Shown here one piece after another: positions 9,346 to 16,035 of a stretch of 32,000 bases of DNA. The translations under genes and the position numbers were made by a program. Origin of the DNA: Paenibacillus jilunlii (GTDB lineage Bacteria; Bacillota; Bacilli; Paenibacillales; Paenibacillaceae); contig NZ_FNGM01000005.1 of assembly GCF_900102965.1 (NCBI RefSeq), forward strand, positions 45,407 to 77,406, given 5' to 3'. Each line of letters starts with the position of its first letter. Positions within the stretch are counted from its first letter, which is position 1. The notes beneath the pieces are model-generated. The model did not search any database. It was not told where the DNA came from and worked only from the letters and a program-made list of their open reading frames with translations.

Positions 9346-9361
9346 AGCAAATTCCGTGCCA
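9346..9361 (-). promoter_or_regulatory. Sigma-54 (-24/-12) promoter of the aco operon
   Basis: The minus strand reads TGGCACGGAATTTGCT. This matches TGGCACG-N4-TTGCW exactly, with GG and GC separated by the canonical 10 nt. It lies about 40 nt upstream of the acoA TTG start and its RBS. Confidence 0.85.
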
Positions 9362-9420
9362 ACTTTGCTGAATTTTCTATTTTTATTTTTTATGCGGATT
9401 CAGCCGATTGAACGGCAGAT

Positions 9421-9454
9421 GCACAAAAACACCCTTTCCCAAAAAGGGAAAGGG
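9421..9454 (-). terminator. Rho-independent terminator of the DUF2278 gene
   Basis: CCCTTTCCC (9432..9440), loop AAAAA, GGGAAAGGG (9446..9454). On the minus strand the stem is followed by TGTTTTTGTGC. Confidence 0.7.
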
Positions 9455-9465
9455 TGGTGCGGGTT

Positions 9466-9497
9466 TTCCCATTCCGGGAAGTTTCCCGGAATGGGAA
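9466..9497. promoter_or_regulatory. Perfect 15-bp-arm palindrome, candidate AcoR upstream activating sequence
   Basis: TTCCCATTCCGGGAA (9466..9480), spacer gt, TTCCCGGAATGGGAA (9483..9497). The centre is about 120 bp upstream of the -24 GG. An AT-rich tract (9368..9400) lies between the palindrome and the promoter. The palindrome is directly seen; its role is inferred. Confidence 0.4.
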
Positions 9498-9593
9498 TGC
9501 GAAAGCTTTTTTAGACCACATTCCATAATCTAAAGTCAGAGTCGTCTTCACTTTGTCTCCTAAATGCAGTCCACTGGCACGGTCCTGCTGTTA

Positions 9594-10304
9594 TCAGACA
9601 TGTTCAGGTTCTTCCGTTTGCAGCGTTACTTTGACTTTATCGAATGTACACTCACCGATAGGGTTTCCTTGCCGGTTAACACTTCCATTCGTTGGTTTTC
9701 CGTGATTATCAGTACACCAGGATTGGCTTTGGAAAGCCAGGAAATACGCGATCCACTTGTTTTCCAAGGTATAGTGCACCAGTACACATCCATCTTGGAA
9801 TATTCCATTTTCATCAGCCTGATATTTGGTATTTCCTTGCATCATATGGACATCGTGAACTCCCAGATCGCCATCCTCATAATGCATTCCATATACATAA
9901 ACGATTGCGCTGTCCTGCTCATCTTTGGCCTTGGACATGTATTTATCGATAAAATCATTCAAATCATAGGATTCCCCTGGTACAGTTACAGGGACTACCT
10001 GCATCTTGTTAGGGTTAAATAAACCACTGCGAATGTAATCCACAGCAATGTCCGAGTGGTTGGAATCTATATCGTGGAAACCAAAATTCATTGTCGGCAG
10101 AATAGTTATGGCACTGGCGTTATAATCCTCATCCGCGATATACAGGAGGTCAGGCATATGTCTGTCTTTTGAACGGACGTTAATTTTTACTTCGTAATTC
10201 TCACCTTCGTTCGTCTGGACAATTAACCCGTAATGTGGTGCGCGGCCTGATCTTTCCGGATTAGTCTCTACTACCCGTCCGATAAGCACTCCGTATCTTG
10301 GCAT
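9594..10304 (-). CDS. DUF2278 / YukJ-like protein (function unknown)
   Basis: 236 aa. The N-terminus MPRYGVLIGRVVE...APHYGLIVQTNEGENYEVKINVRSKD resembles the recalled YukJ/DUF2278 pattern (YGVLKG...HY...Y.I.VNVKS). RBS GGGAGG precedes ATG 10304. Sample lines are about 40% GC, against 55-65% in the neighbouring aco genes. Confidence 0.6.
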   Translation of the reverse strand: MPRYGVLIGRVVETNPERSGRAPHYGLIVQTNEGENYEVKINVRSKDRHMPDLLYIADEDYNASAITILPTMNFGFHDIDSNHSDIAVDYIRSGLFNPNKMQVVPVTVPGESYDLNDFIDKYMSKAKDEQDSAIVYVYGMHYEDGDLGVHDVHMMQGNTKYQADENGIFQDGCVLVHYTLENKWIAYFLAFQSQSWCTDNHGKPTNGSVNRQGNPIGECTFDKVKVTLQTEEPEHV

Positions 10305-10456
10305 TAAATAACCTCCCGAGTCATTTTGTTATTACACAATATAGATTTTGTCCTGCGGCAACAGATGGTATGTAAAATTTCTAAAAAACTGTACTATATG
10401 AGTTGAACTGGAGAACTAGAAGGCTTGGGGATCTCCTAAGGAGCAAGGAGCTAAAG

Positions 10457-10645
10457 CTAAGTGGAAAAAGTAAAACTAATTCGCTGAAATCCTGGCTGCA
10501 GGAGGTTTTAGTGGGATTTTGTACACCTAATTCATGCCTATTCACCACATACGGCCGCTTTCAGCCGAATTAGTGATACTTTTTCCCACATAGGCTACTC
10601 CATTAGCCGAATGAGCCCGATTAGTGGTACTTTTCCCCGACTAAG
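10457..10645. repeat. Cluster of four copies of a ~30-nt intergenic repeat (core AGTGG(G)AAAAAG-N-ACTAATTC(G)GCT) in inverted pairs
   Basis: A1 is on the plus strand at 10459..10489: AAGTGGAAAAAGTAAAACTAATTCGCTGAAA. A3 is on the minus strand at 10559..10591, and its reverse complement is ATGTGGGAAAAAGTATCACTAATTCGGCTGAAA. A2 is on the plus strand at 10508..10538: TTAGTGGGATTTTGTACACCTAATTCATGCC. A4 is on the minus strand at 10613..10644, and its reverse complement is TTAGTCGGGGAAAAGTACCACTAATCGGGCTC. A1 and A3 can pair as a long hairpin or act as MITE-like terminal inverted repeats. Confidence 0.7.
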
Positions 10646-10818
10646 GATGACTGGCTCTGAAAATTACAGAAGTTACATTACTCGGAAATTAATGCGCGGG
10701 GCCTTATGAGGACACGATAGGTGCCTTCACGATCGATCCGCGGCTGATGCGGAATGGAAATCCGTTATTGGGGAGAAAGATATCCACATTGTTGGACATG
10801 AACATCATTTCCTTAACG

Positions 10819-10861
10819 AAAAAAAAGCCCAATTCCCCGGAATTCAATTGAGAAATTGAGC
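10819..10861 (-). terminator. Probable (bidirectional) terminator after the PTS EIIA gene
   Basis: GCCCAATT (10827..10834) pairs with AATTGAGC (10854..10861), giving 8 bp with one G-U on the minus-strand RNA. It is flanked by A8 (10819..10826) and T5 (10862..10866), so a U-tract follows the stem on either strand. Confidence 0.5.
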
Positions 10862-10895
10862 TTTTTCAGTTATGTTGTCTTCGGACTCAGATGGT

Positions 10896-11375
10896 CTAAT
10901 AATAAACACGCAATACAGCTTCCTCTTCCTGCAAGCCTTCAATCCGCTGAATCCTCTCTTGGCCGCCTGGCACAATTACTGAGGTGACGACGGGTAACCC
11001 TGCTTCTTGAATCCTGGCTATATCAAATTCCAGCAGCAGCTCCCCCTGCTCAACCGTTTGCCCTGTCACCACATGGGACACAAAGCCTTCACCTTTCAAC
11101 GATACCGTATTTACCCCGACATGAATGAGAATCTGAATCCCATCCTCATTTTCCAGCAAAATTGCATGTTTGCTTTTATTCATAATGTGGGATATTTTCC
11201 CTGAAAAAGGCGCCCGCACCTCTCCTTTGGCGGGTTGAACAGCAAACCCTTCCCCCATAGCTTTCGTAGAGAACGCTTCATCGGGGACTTGCTCAAGACC
11301 CACTACTTGTCCGGGGACCGGGGAGATAATATCAAGGGTATTTTCTGCGATTTTGTTTTTTCTCCAGCCAAACAT
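10896..11375 (-). CDS. PTS glucose-family EIIA component
   Basis: 159 aa. It carries the EIIA-Glc signature around the phosphorylatable His (ILIHVGVNTVSLKGEGF) and a second His region (HAILLENEDG). RBS AGAGGAAAG precedes ATG 11375. Confidence 0.85.
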   Translation of the reverse strand: MFGWRKNKIAENTLDIISPVPGQVVGLEQVPDEAFSTKAMGEGFAVQPAKGEVRAPFSGKISHIMNKSKHAILLENEDGIQILIHVGVNTVSLKGEGFVSHVVTGQTVEQGELLLEFDIARIQEAGLPVVTSVIVPGGQERIQRIEGLQEEEAVLRVYY

Positions 11376-11395
11376 TTAATTCTTTCCTCTCTGAG

Positions 11396-12265
11396 TTAGG
11401 TCTCCGGCAAGTTTTTCAATTCATTAGTCGCCTTGCGGGTTCTCGTAATCTTATCGATAGAATCGTTAATATTAATTGAGGCGTAGGCATAATACAGCAC
11501 ATCCACGACAAAAAACTGGCTATGCTTGGAACTGGTTGCCGCACTTCTCACCTTTGCTTCAGGAGCTAGTGAGGTAAATAGATTGAAATCGCTTATATCG
11601 GATAACTCGCTGCGGCCAAACCCGGTAAAGCTAACGGTGGTCAATCCGCTTTTCCGGGCAAATTTCATCAGCTCCAGCACTTCCTTGGTTGCCGCGCTAT
11701 ACGAAATTCCAATAAATACGCTTCCCTTTGGTGCATTAGCCATACTCATTGTGAGCACATGGATATCATGAAACGCATATACATTTTTCCCCATCCGGAG
11801 CCATTTTTGGGCGATATCCTCTGCAACCAATGCCGATGCACCAATACCGTACGCAAATATGACGGGGGCCATGTACAGGCTGTGTGCCACTTTTTCAATC
11901 ATGGCTACGTCAAGCTGGCCTACGGTATCCTTAAGAGACTGAATCACGTTAGACAAAATTTTATCGACGATCTCCGCCGTATTTTCATTTTTATTCAAAT
12001 CAAAGTAACCTGTTTTTTGCCCCTGAGCCAGATCTGCCGACAAAGCTACCTTTAATTCGGGGAAGCCCTTCAGGCCTATGGATCGGCAAAAACGTACGAC
12101 TGATGCACTGCTGGAAAGAGAACGTGAGGCCATTTCCTGTACGGACATAATCATCGCTTCTTCCGGGGACTCCAGTACAAAGCGGGCTACCTTTTGCTCG
12201 GATTGTGTTAATTTTGGCATCACATTTTCAATTCTGGATAAAATTTGACCCACTCCGACACCCAT
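11396..12265 (-). CDS. murR: MurR/RpiR-family transcriptional regulator (HTH + SIS domain)
   Basis: 289 aa. It has an N-terminal RpiR-type HTH (LTQSEQKVARFVLESPEE...SVQEMASRS) and a C-terminal SIS sugar-phosphate-binding domain. RBS GGAGGTG precedes ATG 12265. It is embedded in the MurNAc operon. Confidence 0.75.
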   Translation of the reverse strand: MGVGVGQILSRIENVMPKLTQSEQKVARFVLESPEEAMIMSVQEMASRSLSSSASVVRFCRSIGLKGFPELKVALSADLAQGQKTGYFDLNKNENTAEIVDKILSNVIQSLKDTVGQLDVAMIEKVAHSLYMAPVIFAYGIGASALVAEDIAQKWLRMGKNVYAFHDIHVLTMSMANAPKGSVFIGISYSAATKEVLELMKFARKSGLTTVSFTGFGRSELSDISDFNLFTSLAPEAKVRSAATSSKHSQFFVVDVLYYAYASININDSIDKITRTRKATNELKNLPET

Positions 12266-12312
12266 ACCAACACCTCCGTAATGACGTGAACAATAAATTG
12301 TATACCTTAATA

Positions 12313-13362
12313 TTATTCACAATAGGATGTTATGGCAAGAAACCGAAAGGGAAGCCGGTGCTTATGCAGCAACGGCAGCAGGGGAATATCCCTTTGGGCG
12401 ACATACCCGATTACGTTAACCCGTTCATCGGCCGGCAAAGGCTGGAGGACAATTTGAAATTCCCCGCAGTACCGTAAATATTTATCATTATCGATTGTTA
12501 GGGCTCCGGCTGGACGTTCCACGGTATGCTCCGGAAGAATGCTTCCTCTAAAATGATGCCGCGCCTCCTCTGAACGAATGACGTCACGGGCTATATCAGG
12601 ACGGTTATGGTGTTCAGTCTCCCATACATGTGATGGCCTCTGCTCCTCAACACCTAATAACACGGCTCCTTCATTCCAGGCAAGAAATTGCTGCATTGTC
12701 CAGGAGCTTACCGATAGATCGCCAATGAGAACATGATCTACAAAGCACTCCTGAACCAATTCCAAGTATCCGGCAAATGGAGACCTATGACGATGCTTCT
12801 CCAGGCTTGGCAGCCCCTCATGCAGCGGGCCCCTTAAATCTCCGTCTCCAGGAATAAAGGCAGCAACCGTTAACCCTTGAGATTGTAACCAGCGGTTCTG
12901 GTTCTGAAAAGTTGTCAGTTCAAGACCCGTCTCCGGTCTCGGATAATAATTGTGCCAAGCCTCTAAGGAGGCGAAATTCGCCTGCTGCTCATGCAAGCCG
13001 TCCAAAAATGCCTGATCGATTGTACTCGCATTCAAAGCAACACGCCATTCGCGGGTCAGCCCGGCAATTTCAGCAATATCCATCCCGTTATCAATTCTTA
13101 ATCCTGTAACACCGCTAGCCTTCAATTGCTGTAACGAGAAATGGTTAAAGGTTCTTGGCGACACATCCACCATGAAGAGCATATCGTGTCTGAGGGCAAA
13201 CTCCCCAATCCGCGTCAGCGGCTCCAGCAGCTCCCGCGGGTCCTCCTCCGGAATCTGCAGAGAAGTAAAAATGGAGTTGAATCCATTTCGCTGCATGTAG
13301 CGCAAATATTCCATTGTCTTATCAAGACTTTGTTCGGTTAGTGATACCAATACTCCACTCAC
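12313..13362 (-). CDS. mupG: DUF871 family protein, MupG-like 6-phospho-N-acetylmuramidase
   Basis: 349 aa starting at GTG with an AAGGAG RBS. The N-terminal TIM-barrel-like region (YLRYMQRNGFNSIFTSLQIPEEDP) matches my recollection of DUF871. Its position between murP and murR parallels the S. aureus mupG context. The assignment is by family and context only. Confidence 0.65.
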   Translation of the reverse strand: MSGVLVSLTEQSLDKTMEYLRYMQRNGFNSIFTSLQIPEEDPRELLEPLTRIGEFALRHDMLFMVDVSPRTFNHFSLQQLKASGVTGLRIDNGMDIAEIAGLTREWRVALNASTIDQAFLDGLHEQQANFASLEAWHNYYPRPETGLELTTFQNQNRWLQSQGLTVAAFIPGDGDLRGPLHEGLPSLEKHRHRSPFAGYLELVQECFVDHVLIGDLSVSSWTMQQFLAWNEGAVLLGVEEQRPSHVWETEHHNRPDIARDVIRSEEARHHFRGSILPEHTVERPAGALTIDNDKYLRYCGEFQIVLQPLPADERVNVIGYVAQRDIPLLPLLHKHRLPFRFLAITSYCE

Positions 13363-13438
13363 TTGCGCACACTCCTTTGTGTCGGATCGTTATTGTTAAG
13401 TGATTAGGAAAAGCAATCTAGACTGCTTCGTCTGTGGT

Positions 13439-14908
13439 TCAGGCTTCCTTTGCTTGGCGTGCATCCTTTGGCGTACCGAACAAATAAGTGCAGATAAATC
13501 CAAAGAAGTATGCTGTAATCAAACCCAGCAGATACACCCACCATTTACCGTCAGCAATCAGCAGCAGCATTTCGATACCCGACGCCCCAATGGACATAGC
13601 GCCTACATTGCCAAAATATCCAATGACCGCACCACCAAATGCTCCACCCAGACACGCAGTTATGAATGGCTTACCTAGAGGAAGGGTTACGCCATAAATC
13701 AACGGTTCGCCAATGCCAAGCACACCTACAGGCAAAGCACCCTTAATAATGCCCGTAAGCTGCTTGTTCTTACGGCAGCGGATCCAAAGTGCCAGTCCCG
13801 CACCTACCTGACCTGCCCCGGCCATGGCCAGAATCGGAAGCAATATGGTCATCCCGGTCTGTGCAATCAATTCGATATGAATGGGTGTCATGATGTGGTG
13901 CAGACCCAGCATAACCATAACCAGCCAGATTCCGCCGAGGAAAAAGCCCGCAAACGCCCCGCCTACAGATAATATCCAGTTGACGGCAATAAGCAGATTG
14001 TCAGCAACAAACCCGGCAAATGGCATGATCAAAAAGATGGTCAGGAGTCCGGTTACCAGTACACTCAGAAATGAAGTTACAATCAGATCGATGGAGTTAG
14101 GCATCATTTTATGCAATCTTTTTTCAATCACGGATAAAATCCAAACCGCCAATACAACACCAATGATACCGCCTTGCCCGGCAATCAGAGGTTCTCCCGT
14201 AAATAAATTGCGGATAGGCAGTTCCGGCTTCATCCCGGTGAGCAGCGTCGCACCGCCAATAACACCGCCTAGTGACGGGCTTGCACCAAATACTCTGGCA
14301 GAGTTGATGCCCACAAAAATAGCCATATAGGAGAAGATGCCGTTTTTGATGACATTGAGAATCAGGTTAAATTGCGCCCAGCCTTCACCGGACAGATGTC
14401 CCGCTGTGATGAAATTGCCAATAACGGAGGTAATCCCCGCTAAGAGACCAGCCGCGACAAATGCAGGTGCCAGCGGAATAAAAATATTTGAAATCGATTT
14501 CAAGAAGTTTTTCACAGGCGTATTGTTTTTTTCCTTATATTTCTCTTTATTCTGAGCCGCAAGCTGCTCTGCCTTCTCTTTGTCGCTTAATCTGTTTGTC
14601 CGGCTATCCGGGTCCGGGAGTCCATGGGCAGCCTGTAAGGGAATGGCTTCTCCCAGCTCCACTCCGCTGATGTCTGCAATTACCCTGGATACCTTCTCGA
14701 CCAGACCTGGGCCGACAATAATTTGCAGTGTTGATTCCTCGATTACGCCTATTACACCGGGAACACGCTTCAACTCCCCGATGCTCGCCAAGCTTTCGTC
14801 TCTTAAAGTGATTCGGACCCGCGTCATACAGTGGGTAATCATTTCCACATTTTGAATCCCTCCCACCGTACCCAAAATGCCATGTGCCAAATCCTTTTCC
14901 TTTGACAT
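13439..14908 (-). CDS. murP: PTS EIIBC component, N-acetylmuramic acid-specific (MurP-like)
   Basis: 489 aa. The N-terminal EIIB domain has the active-site Cys motif ITHCMTRVRI. A linker follows, then a multi-TM glucose-family EIIC domain. RBS AAGGGGGA precedes ATG 14908, which is 2 nt after the murQ stop. Confidence 0.8.
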   Translation of the reverse strand: MSKEKDLAHGILGTVGGIQNVEMITHCMTRVRITLRDESLASIGELKRVPGVIGVIEESTLQIIVGPGLVEKVSRVIADISGVELGEAIPLQAAHGLPDPDSRTNRLSDKEKAEQLAAQNKEKYKEKNNTPVKNFLKSISNIFIPLAPAFVAAGLLAGITSVIGNFITAGHLSGEGWAQFNLILNVIKNGIFSYMAIFVGINSARVFGASPSLGGVIGGATLLTGMKPELPIRNLFTGEPLIAGQGGIIGVVLAVWILSVIEKRLHKMMPNSIDLIVTSFLSVLVTGLLTIFLIMPFAGFVADNLLIAVNWILSVGGAFAGFFLGGIWLVMVMLGLHHIMTPIHIELIAQTGMTILLPILAMAGAGQVGAGLALWIRCRKNKQLTGIIKGALPVGVLGIGEPLIYGVTLPLGKPFITACLGGAFGGAVIGYFGNVGAMSIGASGIEMLLLIADGKWWVYLLGLITAYFFGFICTYLFGTPKDARQAKEA

Positions 14909-14910
14909 GG

Positions 14911-15822
14911 TTATTCCCCCTTGTGGTGTTGTACCGCCTGACGTATGAAACCTCCCGATTCCTGCAGTCTTTGCTGCGCTTCTTCAAGCCCAAGTCCCGC
15001 AAGCAGCATCACTACAGCTGCTTTCACCTGATGATGGCTTCTTTCATAATAAATGGAGGCTGTCTCCATATCGCAGCCTGTAATCTCGCTGATTATCGAT
15101 TTGGCTCTGATCACAAGCTTCTCATTTGTCGGCTGCACATCCACCATTAAATTGCTGTATACCTTGCCTATACCGATCATGGCTGCGGTGGAAATCATGT
15201 TCAGCACCATCTTCTGGGCTGTTCCGGCCTTCAAGCGGGTAGAACCTGTTAGTATCTCCGCCCCTGTCAAAATTTCGATCGGATATTGGGCATATTTACT
15301 GATCTCTGCATTTGGATTGCAGGACAAGCTGGCTGTAGACGCCCCCATCCGGGCAGCATATTTCAGTGCGCCAATGACATACGGTGTCCTCCCGCTGGCG
15401 GCTATTCCCACTACAGTATCATTATGCGTCAGAGTTAGCTGTTTAAGATCAGCCTCACCTTGTTCCTCTGAATCCTCTGCACCTTCGACTGCCTGTCTGA
15501 TTGCCGTTTCTCCACCCGCTATCAACCCCTGCACCATGTCCGGACCGGTTCCAAATGTAGGAACACACTCTACGGCGTCGAGAATCCCCAATCTTCCGCT
15601 AGTTCCTGCCCCGGTATAAATCAGACGGCCGCCCTGCTTGAAGCTTTGTACAACACATGTGACTACCTTTTCGATCTCCCCCAGCTTTTCTTTCACTGCC
15701 AGGGATACCTTCTCATCCTCCTCCTGCATGAGCTTGAGTACGGCTGCAGGGGATAACTGGTCCAGCTCCAAAGTCCGTTGATTGCGTGTCTCCGTGGTTA
15801 AATTCTCCAGCAATATATTCAT
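14911..15822 (-). CDS. murQ: N-acetylmuramic acid 6-phosphate etherase
   Basis: ORF 14911..15843. The SIS domain carries GGRLIYTGAGTSGRLGILDAVECVPTFG, the MurQ hallmark as I recall it. The start is probably ATG 15822 (GAGGAAAGG RBS, 303 aa) rather than ATG 15843, which has a weak RBS. Confidence 0.9.
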   Translation of the reverse strand: MNILLENLTTETRNQRTLELDQLSPAAVLKLMQEEDEKVSLAVKEKLGEIEKVVTCVVQSFKQGGRLIYTGAGTSGRLGILDAVECVPTFGTGPDMVQGLIAGGETAIRQAVEGAEDSEEQGEADLKQLTLTHNDTVVGIAASGRTPYVIGALKYAARMGASTASLSCNPNAEISKYAQYPIEILTGAEILTGSTRLKAGTAQKMVLNMISTAAMIGIGKVYSNLMVDVQPTNEKLVIRAKSIISEITGCDMETASIYYERSHHQVKAAVVMLLAGLGLEEAQQRLQESGGFIRQAVQHHKGE

Positions 15823-15868
15823 CCTTTCCTCTAAACTAATCATTCTCTTGATATATTTTGTTGGCCCT

Positions 15869-15897
15869 ATTATATCTCGTGTGTAATATTATTACAA
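15869..15897 (-). promoter_or_regulatory. Sigma-A-type promoter of the murQ operon
   Basis: On the minus strand: TTGTAA (15897..15892), a 17-nt spacer, then a perfect TATAAT (15874..15869), 40-50 nt upstream of the murQ start. Confidence 0.6.
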
Positions 15898-15933
15898 TAT
15901 GTTTGTTAGTTTCATGTAATATTATTTCAATAT
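15882..15933. promoter_or_regulatory. Two copies of a 19-bp AT-rich operator-like motif (candidate MurR site)
   Basis: TGTAATATTATTACAATAT (15882..15900) and TGTAATATTATTTCAATAT (15915..15933) are 18/19 identical, with starts 33 bp apart. Each contains TGTAAT-N3-ATTACA-type dyad symmetry. The first copy overlaps the -35 hexamer and spacer of the murQ promoter. Confidence 0.5.
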
Positions 15934-15994
15934 TTTTACCCGGTTACAATACCGGATAAGGCCTCTATCATGCTTTTTGGGTCAAAAGCGAAAA

Positions 15995-16033
15995 GAAGCC
16001 ATCGTAAAAATCGACGGCTTCTTTGTTGTTTTT
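15995..16033 (-). terminator. Rho-independent (bidirectional) terminator after vanX
   Basis: GAAGCCATCG (15995..16004) pairs with CGACGGCTTC (16012..16021), 9 of 10 bp, with a 7-nt loop. T-rich runs lie on both sides: TTTGTTGTTTTT on the plus strand and TTTTCGCTTTTG on the minus strand. Confidence 0.7.
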
Positions 16034-16035
16034 CG

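Noticed and set aside
9575-9590. Plus-strand TGGCACGGTCCTGCTG, which resembles a second sigma-54 promoter.
   Set aside because: The GG and GC dinucleotides are 9 nt apart rather than 10, and the -12 element is TGCT rather than TTGC. The element also points into the 3' end of the convergent DUF2278 gene, with no downstream plus-strand gene.
10457-10645. Possible CRISPR array, given several similar ~30-nt repeats in non-coding DNA.
   Set aside because: The copies are in mixed orientation, diverged and irregularly spaced, and no cas genes are nearby. This pattern fits REP/MITE-like elements, not CRISPR.
10693-10851. Stop-free plus-strand stretch that might be a small gene. It includes a 34-codon ATG ORF from 10747 and a 20-codon ORF from 10648.
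   Set aside because: There is no credible RBS or start. I treat it only as a possible gene relic within the low-GC islet finding, not as a feature.
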